DNA of 64,000 nt from Octopus bimaculoides. Taxonomy: Eukaryota. The notes beneath the pieces were generated by a model. It ran no database searches. It was not told the origin of the DNA and saw nothing but the letters and a program-made list of their open reading frames with translations. The DNA lies in contig NC_068999.1 of NCBI RefSeq assembly GCF_001194135.2, positions 51,262,225 through 51,326,224 on the forward strand. Reading direction: 5' to 3'. Positions 40,118 through 54,200 of this stretch are shown here, one piece after another. The translations under genes and the position numbers were made by a program. The number at the start of each line of letters is the position of its first letter. The first letter of the stretch is position 1.

Positions 40118-40295
40118 TTTAGCGCACCAGACAAAAATGGTTAGCGGCATTTCGTCCGTCTTTACGTTCTGAGGAAACTCTGAATTCCATCCTTTTAGGG
40201 TCGATGAACTAAATACCAATTTAACACTGGGGTCGATTTAATCGACTTAACGCATGCCCCGAAATTGCTGGCCTTATGCCAAAATTTAAAACAAA
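40118..40295 (+). mobile_element. SINE family 1 copy with a core deletion, tail B
   Basis: TTAGCGGCATTTCGTCCGTCTTTACGTTCTGAG..CACTGGGGTCGATTTAATCGAC..GAAATTGCTGGCCTTATGCC. Confidence 0.85.
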
Positions 40296-40986
40296 TATTT
40301 GATATATTTTATCTAATACATTACACTTTAGTTACACTTTTCTGTCTAGAATTGTAATTTGCATCAGATTCTCTTAATTGTACACCAGTTTTACATGACG
40401 ATTTCTTATTCGATTCAAAATTGAGATGGTAATTACTTTAAGTGCTTGCTATTTTGTCCAATTATTAATGTCAAATAAGGAAGAGATCGCTAGAATTCAA
40501 AATGTCTTGCGTTATTCTGCTTGATTTATAGTTATTAGGTCACGAGTTTAAAGAATGTCACAGCTTGACATTCACTGCGGTCATTTAAGGTCTCTTATTA
40601 ACACCTAAACTAAAATCTAATCTGATTAGTTGATTTTCAAACGGTGAGAATACATGAATTAGAATTTATTATGTTGGTCATAACATTAATAGTGTCAATA
40701 TAAACGAATTATCAAGCCAAACTTGCTTGAGACATATTCGAACCCGCATGAGAGCCTTTCACAGCATTATGTCACGGAGGAAATGACTACAGCGAGAATT
40801 TTTCTCCATGACAAAAATACACTGAATACTTCTCTTACGGATTTCAATATGTGAAGTATTTTTGAACTGGTATTAAGTTCATTTTTGCATTCATCAATGC
40901 CTAATAATTCTAATCCGTATATTAATGGTATCATGCAAATTATGGATTTTTCTAGGTTTATGGAAAAATGGAAAACTAATGCCATT

Positions 40987-41133
40987 TTAGCACGCCTTTA
41001 GTCGAGCAAATAGCCCCCAGGACTTATTCTTTGTAAGCCTAGTACTTATTCTAGCGGTCTCTTTTTGCCGAACCGCTAAGTTACGTGGACGTAAACACAG
41101 CAGCATCGGTTGTCAAGCGATGGTGTGGGGGAA
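40987..41133 (-). mobile_element. SINE family 2, 3' half
   Basis: CCTTTAGTCGAGCAAAT..CCCCAGGACTTATTCTTTGTAAGCCTAGTACTTATTCTA..GCCGAACCGCTAAGTTACG. Confidence 0.9.
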
Positions 41134-41151
41134 AGTATCTTGTTTTAATTA

Positions 41152-41515
41152 TCATCCTGTAAACCTTAAGAAGGTCTTGTAGATTTCTATTGTCCCAGAT
41201 ATCTGATCATTTGTACCTTATGAATTAATGATTTGCATTCTCTCCCCAAGATCCCAAGTTCCGCTATAGTTTGCTCCAGACGCGGTGTTATGTATCCTGT
41301 TGTTCTAATGATAATAGTTATGAAGCTGAAAGGGTATCTTGGATACTGGGTTTTTGCAGACTCAGTATCAGTGGCCCATAGGTGTCCTCTTTCTCTTGTA
41401 TTATCCTAACCATATTGGTGCCCAGAGTGCAGCTGATTTCCACAACAGAACAGATCTTTTCCTTGAGGTCCCACACAAAGATATCTAGCTGATTGTGTTT
41501 TAACTTGGTAGGTTG
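41152..41515 (-). mobile_element. 3' end of another RLE (R2/R4-type) non-LTR retrotransposon lineage
   Basis: KLKHNQLDIFVWDLKEKICSVVEISCTLGTNMVRIIQEKEDTYGPLI (PD..D...E-x-K-like nuclease region); IIIRTTGYI..LGILGRECKSLI; GTIEIYKTFLRF-stop. Confidence 0.8.
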
Positions 41516-43699
41516 TATGTATATATGTATGAACGCATGCATGTGTGTATGTATATATGTATGTATGTAAGCATGCATGCATGTATATATATATATTTAA
41601 TCTGTTGTATGTTTTGACTTTAAATAACAGTTGTTTTTCACATAGCCTATACAGTTTCAAGTAGTTATACGATTACGATCAAAAACATACATTTGTATCA
41701 AGAATTAATTGTACATTATGTTTCTTACAAACGTACATTTCACCTTTCATTACTGAATTATAAAAGTAGAGTATTGTTAAACTTTCAGGGAATGAGTGTC
41801 TGAGAATCTAATAAGATTACAGCCCACTTTTTATTCTTTAAATTTAATATATTGTGATAATAGCTTACTAACATGGGGAATTGAAAACGTTTTAAAAGCA
41901 TACATTTCTATCAAAAGGCAGATATTTGAATTACGAGGCAATAAACAGACGACGGGTGAGGAAAATGGGAGAAATCATTATTAGATTGCACAGAGGATGC
42001 GTCTAACCAACACATTTTTAAATACCTAGTTTCAAATATTTGTATCTCTGCAGCGATTAAGTTTATGTGAGACTGTGTATTGAAACAAGCAATTCCATAT
42101 TGAGAGAACTATTCTGGCTATTTAATATTATAGAAAACTGTTAATTCCCTTTAAATTAATGTTATGAGGTGTCAATTTATCCTCGTATGAGCGCGTTCTA
42201 GTAACTGACATAGTTCCCCTGGAATAGTTTGAATGTCTGTTAATTATAAATTCTTATTGGACTACGGTTTTCTTTTCCTCTTTTCTTTGTTTTCCATTTT
42301 ATATGTTTTTCCGTTGAGTTTATAGGTCGTCGTTATGTTTTCCTTAGTGGTTTGTTACAGGAAATGATTGTTAATAAATATTTAAAGTGACTTTCTTGAA
42401 GTTCCATATATTTGTCCGGGTTTTTGGTAGCAGAATATAAAAGTAGCTTTCTGTTGCTCTTTTGACAAGAGGCCATCTTAAAGCACAGTTCGCTACACAG
42501 CATGAACAGATAATAAATAGAAGGAATAAATAAACATGTGGAATAATTATCGCAATTCTTTTTCTCCAGCATTCTAAAATTCCACTTATCCACTACACTG
42601 GACTGATACAGTTTTTTTTATTGGTCTAAGAAAGTTAAAAATCCAATGATGGATTCGCTGATATTTGAACTCAGACCGTCAAGAACTGGAAAAATTACAA
42701 ATTGCAATTTTTTCCACACTCTAAGTATACTGCCACTTCATTGTTTATATATTGAGCAAGATTCCAGAGAGTAAAAGAAACCTCGCAGATTCGAACGAAA
42801 TTCGAAATAAGAGTTTAGGTAAACATAGTTATCAAATAGTTTCTTCTTTTTATATGTATTTGTTTTTCTGATTTGGTTACCGACCAAAAATGTTACAATT
42901 TGGATCCTAAGAAAACATGTTTTCGGATATTTAAAAACGCTGTTGCATGATTTATCAGATATTAAAACGAATAAATAAATAGATAAATACATATAAAAAA
43001 TGTATAATCGAAAATTAAACCAACATGGAATATTATAAAATAATAGAAGGTAAAATAAATCATTTATTTCTAAAAATATAATAACTTGATAGATGATGGT
43101 AGGCTGAGATTTTCTACAACGCCCGAGGAAAGGTTTAGGAAAGCAGTAAGTACTGGCTGAAACCCAAAGAAATATGTGTTTCGAATGACATGCCTACTTT
43201 GTTTTGATTTTGAGTTTGTTTGTCTTCTGAACAGAACAATTTATTTGAATATAATTACAATGGATTTTATTCAGAAATATAAAGTAAATAAAATTGTAAA
43301 TATGTTCAGCTGTAGCTTGGTGGTGAATCGCTTAAAGAAATATTGTAATTGTTAATAGCTAGGATCGTAGTTGAGATATTATATATATATTTATATATAT
43401 TCATCCACTGTGCTTTTCCCGAATAAAAAGAGATGATGTCCTCACTGGGTAGCTGCTAGTCTCTACATCATAGGCTTATAATTCAAAAGAGAAAAAACAA
43501 AAACGTGAACCATAAATAGATGCAGATATATGCGAGTGGAGACCTGTGTAAAGGAACAGTGTATTTGAATTGGTATTAGATATGGTAATAGTGATTTCGT
43601 TAGAAACTGAGAAACAATTTAAAAACGAATATCACTATAAACGCATTTTGCACTACATTTTGTAAATGTTGTGTTGTACTGATGTGGATAGGGAGTCTT

Positions 43700-44015
43700 G
43701 ATAATAAACATGCGGTGGCGGTGGTGCCGGTGGGCATTCCGAGTGTAGTCGTTTCACTGTTAGTGGTGCTGGTGGTGATGTTGCTGGCGCACGTGCTGGT
43801 GTTGTCAGTGGTTATGGGGATGTTAGTAGTGGTATGAGGAGTAGAATTTATTGCGCTGCTAGTTGTTTTGGTGGCAACGTTCGTGGTAACAGCAGGGGTT
43901 GCAACGTTGGCGGTGTTGGTGGTGTTGTTAGTGGTGACGGTGGTAGATGTTAGCGGTGGCTGTGATTGCGGAAGCTGTGATGGCGTTGGCGCTATGGTAG
44001 TTGCAGCAGTGTTAA
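43700..44015. repeat. Highly degenerate (GGT/GTT/GCT)n low-complexity tract
   Basis: G/T-rich triplet periodicity; the minus strand reads as a Thr-rich open frame (see findings). Confidence 0.7.
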
Positions 44016-44546
44016 TACCTTCATGTCCTTATTTCTGCTGTTCTTTGTCCTCCTTCTGGCTTCTATGAATTCGGCATACAAGTTAGATTGTATACAGCTG
44101 ACACACGAATTCCATCCAAAATCCCGCGAAACATCTACTATTACTACCCCCCTCTGACGTCATATTAACTGCAAACAGACAATAAACCATGAATACAACG
44201 CTGGTAACATTGTCTCTTTTCACAATATCAACGTAAAACTGATTTATTAGCTTCGTATCTCGACGTGGATTACCGTATTACCATTTCATTCTGTGAAAAT
44301 TATTTTGACTTTTGCAGACAATGAAAATTTCCAATGCTATTTGGGACAGAAAATTGTTACTTCGCTGGTAGATATAATGGCAAAAAAAGAACCTGAATAG
44401 CTTCATTTTTGGCCAGTGCTTTTGGTTTCAGAAATAATGTACGTGCATTTGCGTGTTTAACGTGTGCGCGAAACGTGCGTAAAACACACACACACACACA
44501 AACACATATGGTTTTCTGTGCATCCTCCCTGTTTTTGTCATAATCA

Positions 44547-44582
<36 letters not shown>

Positions 44583-45239
44583 CTTTGTTTGTATATATAT
44601 ATATATATATATGTTGTTGTACTTGGGGATGGTCATATTGCCAGTTTAGCCAATAAAAACACACNNNNNNNNNNNNNNNNNNNNNNNNNNNNNNNNNNNN
44701 NNNNNNNNNNNNNNNNNNNNNNNNNNNNNNNNNNNNNNNNNNNNNNNNNNNNNNNNNNNNNNNNNNNNNNNNNNNNNNNNNNNNNNNNNNNNNNNNNNNN
44801 NNNNNNNNNNNNNNNNNNNNNNNNNNNNNNNNNNNNNNNNNNNNNNNNNNNNNNNNNNNNNNNNNNNNNNNNNNNNNNNNNNNNNNNNNNNNNNNNNNNN
44901 NNNNNNNNNNNNNNNNNNNNNNNNNNNNNNNNNNNNNNNNNNNNNNNNNNNNNNNNNNNNNNNNNNNNNNNNNNNNNNNNNNNNNNNNNNNNNNNNNNNN
45001 NNNNNNNNNNNNNNNNNNNNNNNNNNNNNNNNNNNNNNNNNNNNNNNNNNNNNNNNNNNNNNNNNNNNNNNNNNNNNNNNNNNNNNNNNNNNNNNNNNNN
45101 NNNNNNNNNNNNNNNNNNNNNNNNNNNNNNNNNNNNNNNNNNNNNNNNNNNNNNNNNNNNNNNNNNNNNNNNNNNNNNNNNNNNNNNNNNNNNNNNNNNN
45201 NNNNNNNNNNNNNNNNNNNNNNNNNNNNNNNNNNNNNNN

Positions 45240-45287
<48 letters not shown>

Positions 45288-45331
45288 CATATATATATTG
45301 TATTTATATATTTATATATACACACACATTG

Positions 45332-45368
<37 letters not shown>

Positions 45369-45373
45369 GGCAT

Positions 45374-45410
<37 letters not shown>

Positions 45411-45642
45411 CAGATAGACAGATACCGATACAGAAGTAATGAATGAGAAAGAGAGAAAGAAGGGTCCCATGGAGAGATACATAGTTGAATACCCACATAG
45501 CTCTCCTTCAGAAACTCTCAGTCACTCTCTAACTGTGTATATATGTAAGTGTGGGAGTGGGTGTATTATATATATAGCTATATATCGATATACTATATAG
45601 ATTATAATATATACGTATATATATATATATAAATATATATAC

Positions 45643-45682
<40 letters not shown>

Positions 45683-47390
45683 CCACACACAATGCGTTCG
45701 TGTGCGTATGTGTGTAGGAGAGAGGGAGAGAAAGAGAGAGAGAGAGAGCGCGCGAGAGAGAGAGAGATCAATACCGATATATTTACACATCAATATGCAT
45801 TAATACATCACCATATATTTTATGCTTTGTCATACAAGATGGAGAATGATAAGAAACGTTATAGAAGAGGCTTTCATACTAAGCAAATAATTACTTATTT
45901 GGACATATATTTCTTTACAAGCATGTCACACTAAGAGAAATATATTTTAACGTTGAACAATACAAGGAATACATACAAAGAGGTAAAATATAATCGCAGT
46001 GGAGATTCGATAAGTACCGAGGGGGAAATATGTATCTTTTAGCGAAAATAAAATTGCATCTTTTCATACAAAATGGAATCTTGTCATCGCCAGTGATGAT
46101 TTTGTGTGTATACGGTATTTTGAATGGATTAATACGACAAAATATTATGAGTTGTCTTAGATTCCCAATATTCATTCTTATGTATTCTTTGTGGATATAT
46201 TCCATATCTATTGGCTGTGTCAGCAAAATTGGTTTGTGATTGATCGGAGATTTTCAATGATATTTGTGTTTTCTATTTTTTGTTTTGTTTACCTTGTTTG
46301 TTTGCTTTTTGGAGTTTTTTGTGTGCCATGGACGTAAGCATTGTTGTATGGTTAAAACATTCTAATCGCAGCTAGGGTATTCCGGCGTTTTGAGCTCAAT
46401 TCCACTACTTGTCATTCTTGGATAATTATCTGCTAGAAAACGCATAGGGAATTGGATTCTGTGGAAGAAATCTCTGTGAAAATCTACCATATATATATGT
46501 GTGTATGTGTTTGCGTGTGTATGTAGTTGCGTATGTATGTGTACGCGTGCATTATTGTTCGATAGCCTCTAAGTTAATCCCTCTCTGGTTTCAAGCTTCT
46601 ACACTACGGCTTCAATTTGGTAACTAGCAACGACATATCATTTAAAATAAAAAATAATATGTGAATAACACTACGTTTCTTGAATTCTCATTTGTGCATT
46701 TTTATGACATAATATGAGGTAAAAAGAATTTCTTTTCTAATAAAGTGCAGATGTGCTTCGAATTTATTTCCTTCAAATGATTTTCTATCCGAAATCCGAG
46801 CTGATAACTGACATAATTTTGAGAGACGCTGTTTTTGTCTACGGATTTCAGATGGAAAAAAAGCCTAATTTTATGACGGTTACCTTCCTGGAATAAGTTG
46901 GGTTTTGGAAATCAGAACCCTTGTATCATGAAATATTTACTTCTAACTTATCAGGCAAATAATATTTTAACTGCAATCTAGGATAACGATATCATCTAAC
47001 AGCTGCAACTGGTGTATGTATCCAGCCGGGTGACTGAAGCACCACAGTGACTGTACTATCCTGCATCAGAATCCTGAACTTGGCCATAGAAGAAAACTCA
47101 AGTTTTGTCGCACCAGGGCTGGTTCCAGTATGAGGGCAACAGAGCAGAACCTCTATAATCCGCGGCAAGCGAAAAACAATATTTCTCGATTGTAGTTGAA
47201 ACTACCTTTATGGTATCAACAACTAAGTTCCTAGAATTCATTAGCAAAGGTTAGATTTTATTGTTTTAATTGAATTAGGGATGTGAAAAAAAAAATTATC
47301 AAAAAGAAAATGTTAATCACTCATAGATACCATCTGCATGACGTCAATAGCTACGTTAATGCGAATACTTTTAAACGCGAAAGGCTGCGT

Positions 47391-47800
47391 GTTGGCAGAA
47401 TCGTTAGCGCTCCGGGGAAAATGCATAGCGGCATTTCTTCCGTCTTTACGTTCTCGGTTCAAATTCCCCGAGGTCAACTTTACCGTTTTATTCTTTCGAG
47501 GTCGATAAAATAAGAACTATTTGATTACTGAGGTCGATGTAATCGATTCACTCCTTCCCCAAAATTGCTGACCTTCAGTCAAAATTTAAAAGCGGTGAGC
47601 TGGCGGAATAGGCACGCCGGGCCAAATGCTTAGCGACAATTCGTCCGTATTTACGTGCTGAGGTCTAATTCCGACGAGGTCAACTTTGCATTATATCATT
47701 TAAGATCGATATAATAATTACCAGTTGAATTCTGGGGTCAATCTAATCAACGCAGACCCTCCCTCGGAATTACTGCCCTTGTGCCAAAACCGGAAATCAA
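47391..47800 (+). mobile_element. Head-to-tail SINE family 1 dimer (47391-47590 and 47591-47800)
   Basis: Two complete head-core-tail B units; the second begins GCGGTGAGCTGGC immediately after the first tail. Confidence 0.9.
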
Positions 47801-48616
47801 TGTTAATTTAATGCCACATTATATATAATATGGCAAGGCTTAAATGCGAAGGTAGTCTCCTTTTAGAATCAAATTCTAAGCTATAAAGTCATGGAGCGTT
47901 CCTATGCGAATACAAGAAAATAATTAGTTGAATTCATGTTCCCATTTACTTAGAGCAAGCAATAATTAGATTTCATTATAACCTAGAATTGAAAAGCAGC
48001 AGACCTCCACCAATCAATCAATTTCAATAATTCAAAATTCACTCTCAAGCTCCTGAATAATAAATCATTAGAGAAATAGTTTCTCAGGCTGAAATAATTA
48101 AAATTAGTGCTAAGTTATACTTGCTGTGTAACTGTTCGACTTTATTAGAATTGTTGACATAAAACTTATGAGCTTAAGTTACGTTGAAGAAGGGAAATTG
48201 AAAATCTCTGATTGAAATGAAGTGTACAAACTTTCATTGACTCTGTCGTGAAATCCATTAAGAAATGAAGAATAATAGCACGTAGAGATACAACATTGAA
48301 TCCAGTTGAAACAACATCAATTTACCAAATTATTTTATTAATTTAAAACAAAGCCAAATGTTCTGGTTTTTGGTTCGGCGTCAGTTATGGACAAATAAAT
48401 ATTACAGCTAATATCACCGAAAGATCTTGTGAGGAGAGCGGCTATCTTTGATTGATCTATTTCTTAATATACAAGATAAATGATTGTGGGAGAAGCGATA
48501 TGATATTTTAAAAGCATCACATAATTTTTGTTATTGTTGATGTTGATGTTCGATAGTACCAAGGCAGCTTTTATCCCGCAGACGTATGATCAAAGACGAC
48601 AAACACGTGACCATCG

Positions 48617-48650
<34 letters not shown>

Positions 48651-48652
<2 letters not shown>

Positions 48653-49188
48653 AGGTATGATCAATAAGTATCCAGACTGTCGGCATAGTAACAAAGCTAA
48701 ATTGCACAGAGTAAAGCCGCTTGGCAGAGATTGACCTTGGACTCTGTTGTGCATGCGAACTAAGCTTAAACGTTCTAGCTCACTGCCGCTGTTTACAGCA
48801 GTGCTTGGAAGGAAGGTGTGTAGCGTATCATCGTCGCATTGACCATGACAGAGAAAGTTGTGATGGCGATACCTGCCCAGAGGCCTGCACAAAGCTGTAG
48901 AAAGTTTGAGAAGAAGAGTGTATGAGCCGCACACAAGTGTGCAAAGCGTTCAGACGTTTCCAAGATGGCCGAAATAAATGTCGGTAATGACGAACGTTCT
49001 TGGAGACCTGTAACCAGCAGAACTGAGTAAACCATCGCAAATGTGTGTGCAGCTGCGGGGGGAAATACTCGAATTATCATCCATGAGTTATCAGAGGATG
49101 TGTAGATTAGTTACGGTTCAGTTCAGTCCATTATCACTGGAGATTTGAGTAGGGGACGCGTGTCTGCCAATTTTGTGCCAAAATTCTA
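48651..49188 (+). mobile_element. 5' half of a mariner element (TIR plus HTH region)
   Basis: TA|CAAGGTATGATCAATAAGTATCCAGACT; MSRTQV..FRRFQDGR..NDERSWRPVTSRTE..RIIIHELSEDV.ISYGSVQSIITGDL..RVSANFVPK. Confidence 0.88.
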
Positions 49189-49843
49189 CAAATAACAATA
49201 GAAATACCCATTCTCAAGTTTTGATGAAAAATATAAACATTATTTCATACACCGTGTGTGCATGCGCACACATGTATGAATATCTGAATGTATTTATATT
49301 CATTTGTATATGCATGCCAACTATTTCGCCAAAACAAACTGCCGCAATCGCAGGGGGAAATCTGCTTGCTTTTAAACTTCATTCATTCATTCAGCAAACT
49401 TTCTCTGTTAAGTTATCAGAAATAAATAAATGACATTTGATGGAGAAAGTATAAAATTTCCAACGTTTTCCTCATTAAATTTAACATTAGTCTTTTAGCT
49501 AAGTTAGAAAGACGATAAATGCTCACGTTCTGAGTAGAATAACATTTAATTTTCGTGTTCGTATTTACTTTTTCTCTTTTCTACTTTTATTCATTTTATC
49601 GTTATAGATTTTTTTTCTCTATTTTCATTATTCATTCTCCTTAATTAGTACCTGTGTGTCATTCAATGTTGAATTAAATGTAATTTTCCTAAATGCTGTA
49701 ACACGGAAATCAAATAGCTTACTCGCTGTAAACAGGAATTAAATGGAATGTAGCAGTGACAATTTTTATTTCGATTCCAAATCTTTTGAAAATTGATGTA
49801 CATAATGTTCGAATAAAATATGTGAAGCCGAAGGTGTAAAACA

Positions 49844-49881
<38 letters not shown>

Positions 49882-50072
49882 TATATATATATATATATAT
49901 ATATACATNNNNNNNNNNNNNNNNNNNNNNNNNNNNNNNNNNNNNNNNNNNNNNNNNNNNNNNNNNNNNNNNNNNNNNNNNNNNNNNNNNNNNNNNNNNN
50001 NNNNNNNNNNNNNNNNNNNNNNNNNNNNNNNNNNNNNNNNNNNNNNNNNNNNNNNNNNNNNNNNNNNNNNNN

Positions 50073-50109
<37 letters not shown>

Positions 50110-50437
50110 TGTGTGTGTGTTTGAAGATGTATGTTTTTTGTGTGTGTTTGTGTGTATACGTGTGTGCGTTCATCTCAAGAATTATTTGAATTCTAACTTC
50201 GTATAAGAAGAAATGATGGCCATTAAGTAAACGACAAAGCTTTCTTGTGTAAATCTCGAACATTTGCCACATTGTTTCTGTATATGTGGTAGTTCATATT
50301 TATATACATCCGTGCAATGCAATGGGTGACTATAACTTCAAGTACTGGAATCCTTTACGTAATTAACGCATATTTATATACATTTTACATATAGTTAGCA
50401 TGACATCTCAGCCCTTCTCAGTTGTTGTTGAGCAGTA

Positions 50438-50525
50438 GTTACGCTCTGAGTTCAAATCCCATGGAAGTCAACTTTGCCTTTGATCACTCTGGTGTCAATG
50501 AATTAAAATACCAGTCAAATACTAC
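50438..50525 (+). mobile_element. SINE family 1 core fragment
   Basis: GAGTTCAAATCCCATGGAAGTCAACTTTGCCTTTGATC. Confidence 0.7.
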
Positions 50526-50659
50526 GCTCAACATATCCTCAATATGGCGGTCTTCTGCTTAAATTAGGAACTTTTATTAAAATCAGTCTTACGGATGTAG
50601 ATGGTCAGACAACATGCATTGAGGTATGCATACCTGGCTTTACGTTTTGTAGCCTGTTA

Positions 50660-51031
50660 TATAAAAAATTCAAAATTCGCCAAACATAGGAACAATTTAT
50701 CTTTTTATAAGAAACAGTTTATGAAAACAGTTTGTTTGTTTTTTATTTAACAGGCTCTGTATGGTTACCATTGTTTTGAATACACATTGCAATATATCTA
50801 CCCCACTCAATGTGAACTCGTAATAGCACATCTGGTGATACGCGTTCGAATGAGTAGGTGATGCGTTCCTTCAAATGATTTGTCTTTTATATTTCCGCGA
50901 TACACCATGCCTTGCAAATGCCCCAAACATAGAAATCAAGAGGGTCAGATCAGGGGATGTAGGGGATCTAATAAACTTTCTTATTAAAAAATAATATTTT
51001 TCCTGTGTATGGAGACTTTTGAATCACCCTG
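50660..51031 (-). mobile_element. Short non-autonomous Tc1-like element retaining only the transposase C-terminus
   Basis: TIR TA|CAGGGTGATTCAAAAGT at 51031; SPTSPDLT..GHLQGMVYR; TPDVLLRVHIEWGRYIAMCIQNNGNHTE; decayed opposite TIR near 50660-50682. Confidence 0.75.
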
Positions 51032-51385
51032 TATATACATATATATAGTCTTCATGAAAGATTGCTGAAACAAGAACTTGGCATATATCTTTGCAATTTC
51101 GAATCGATGTACTCAGATTTAAACGATTCTTAACTGATACTAGCAATAGAATATCATCTGTTTATTATTTGCTCGTCTTATATTCATCTGTATCTTAGAA
51201 AAATGTTTTTAATGGCAACAAAATATTACTTGAGTGTCTGCATATTCATATATACATATAGATGTATATGTGTGTGTGTAACAGATTCATGTGTATATGT
51301 GTATTTATGAGTATGACGGAAACCAATAAGCATAATTACATTTATAGATATATACATAAATATATATATCAATCTAGATCTACCG

Positions 51386-51418
<33 letters not shown>

Positions 51419-51488
51419 TCTTTCTCCTGCGCTTTCTTGACATGTATACGTGTATGTATATGCGTGTGTATGTATGTATGTATGTATG

Positions 51489-51552
<64 letters not shown>

Positions 51553-52163
51553 ATCACGCTCACATAATCTCAAGACGTATTTACATGAGAAATACACACT
51601 TATTTTACAATAGCATTTTAACGATATACATTTATACATACAGAAACATATCTCTGTATGTATCTCCTTGTATGTGTATTTCTATGCATATATGTCTGTG
51701 CGTCTACACATATGCATAAAACATGCGTATACACATTTAAATTTAAATGATTGCCAGCATTCTTAGCAATTAATAATGCTATAGCGTGCGTTCGTTATTT
51801 GCTTTATTACAGTTTAGTTATATTCTTGCACATCCGTCCCACAGCGATAATTAGAAAAATCTATTTCAGAGCGTATTAATTTATAATACATATCAACACC
51901 AAATACTGTATAAATTGAGGACAATGAATGCCATAAAACTGATGGAATTGAGATGTTTCGGATAAAATATTTCTGTGTACAGTTTGCACATATACAGGTG
52001 CACACACACATACACACACATACAGATACACGCACATCTATACACATATATTGTCAAGATTCTGCATTTTTGCATTTCTTTTAATTCATATAGTCACGTA
52101 TTCATGTACATATATATATTTATATATATATATATATATATATATGCGTGTGTGTATATTGAG

Positions 52164-52195
<32 letters not shown>

Positions 52196-52222
52196 ACTGC
52201 TGCTACTACTACTGCTACTACT
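52164..52222. repeat. (CTA)n/(CTG)n microsatellite
   Basis: Directly visible. Confidence 0.95.
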
Positions 52223-53589
52223 TTTGTGATTGTTTAGCTTCAGATGAGCCCCGAATGGGAAAAATGTGATCAAAAGTATTCCAGTCATGACTAATATTTC
52301 TTAATTTTCATTGATTTTTCGATTTTATACACGTACAACATGTAACGACGCCTTTCCTTATTTAAGAAAATAGTGTTTAATTTGTGATAAATTTGGTTGA
52401 TATTTCTAGCAAGTCAAACGACTAAAATATCCATCATTGGAGCATGCCTAACTGAATAATAACTAAAATAGCTTCGACCATGGATTGAACCTGCCACTGG
52501 GACTTATCTCTTGCACATACTGCCCTTGTTCCACCACCGAAGTGCAAATTACTAACATTCTCCGCATTTCGTTTTTAATATTTGTTTTTGTTTTTGTTTT
52601 TAAATATATAACGTGGATGTATATATTACAGAAACGTACAGTAAAAACGGTGACGGATAAAGAACGACGCCCAGTGGACATTTGGTTGAGGGTCAAAAAA
52701 GTAACTCCGTAGCTACAAGTCATATTTGCTGTTGCTGTATTTAAATTACTTGAAGGCATTAAACCAAAAATGAGAAAAGTAAAAAAGAAGAAAAAAGACA
52801 TAATGCATTAAACGAGAAAATACAGTTATATAGATTTTGGCATTGACATTTCTACTTTAAATAGGAATTTTTTTATCTTGTTATTTACGTTGAACCTCAT
52901 ATAAGTATGAGTGCATAGTTGTTTGTTCACCTTTAGATTTTTGGTTTATGTTACATATTTTATCTATGTACGGGTGTTGGCGCTTCTGCTGGTCTACTGG
53001 CTTGTCTCTTACTTTCTTTCTTACTATTTCTATATCTATATTTTGTTTCAATTTCTGTATAGCTCTCAACATGTAATGTACGTGCGCGTTTAATGGTATA
53101 TTCCCTGTCTCTCTTTCATTTTAACATACACTAATACATACTTATACGTCTATGTGAATGTGTATATCAAGTATGTGTGTCTGCTATAAACATGAACACA
53201 GTATTGTATAGCATTATATGTTTGTGTGTACATTTAAGTGTGTGTATAACAATAAAAAAACAACTTATAACTGCGAATTTTTTCACATCAGTAAAGAAAC
53301 TAATTCATATAAAAGAAAAGAATACATCTATAGGTTCAACTTCATTATAATGCTTGTAGATATTTAATCAACCATGGGAAGACAGATCATAAAACAAGTA
53401 GCAATAGAATACGAAATTAGACCATGAACTTTTGGCATTAGTTACATTGCAAAATATAATAACGTAACAGAATTAAAGGTATCAACATCATTCGGTAAAA
53501 GTCTTATGTATATAATTGATCAGTAATGACTTTTTCTGTGATACATTTTCAGTGATATATTTTCAAGGAATATAAATTATATTACATAG

Positions 53590-54200
53590 CTAAGCCTCTC
53601 GCTCCTTATGGAACATGGATCATCAACGACGTTCCATCACTCTTTTCGCCCCTGGCGAATATTTTCTGGTTCTTTCCACTTCGATAACTTTCTTAAGATG
53701 TTCAGGGAAGAAATTCCTCTTACACGTTTACTTGGTTCTGAATTGTCATCGATTCTCCTGTGACTTTACTTTTTTCTAGGTCGAGTGTGTTGGCCAAATG
53801 CAAAGCCATTTTACCACTAGGAATTTGTGGTCCATATTAGTCCGGCCTATATGCTTTGGAACCTTTTTTTACTTTTCTACAAATTTCATACTTGACGACC
53901 TAATATTAAAGTTGAACTAGAGTAGTATTTACAACCTGCAAGCATATTGCGTTTGGAAAGCAAATTGCTCTAACAAAGTATTCTACCAAACTTGCCAGTG
54001 GCACATTCCTATGCCAGAAGTTATGAACCACGCGCTATTCTAATTGAAGCCATTCTACCTCTTCAACTCAAATTGCAATGTTGAATTTACATCGAGGTAT
54101 CTACAACAGTAACGTAGATTTTAGAATATAGTAAACTGGAAAGAAAACAGTATTTCCTCACAGTATCTGGCATCGATACTTGCCTTTGTCAATTACTTTG
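53590..54200 (-). mobile_element. Old RTE-X-like LINE 3' fragment
   Basis: Ends VVDDPCSIRSERL (compare the RTE-X terminus FVDALCS..SE); upstream SNLLS..LAGC resembles SNV.SVLLYG.E; many stops. Confidence 0.45.

Noticed and set aside
39712-43165. Hammerhead-ribozyme-like cores (CTGATGA..GAAA at about 39715; CCGAGGA..GAAAC at about 43125)
   Set aside because: No stem II pairing at the first, a mutated core at the second, and no closing stems.
44155-44162. Perfect CRE palindrome TGACGTCA
   Set aside because: A single 8-mer is expected about once per 65 kb; no promoter context.
45915-46226. 103-aa minus ORF containing KIITGDDK (mariner TGDEK-like)
   Set aside because: One short motif without flanking transposase similarity.
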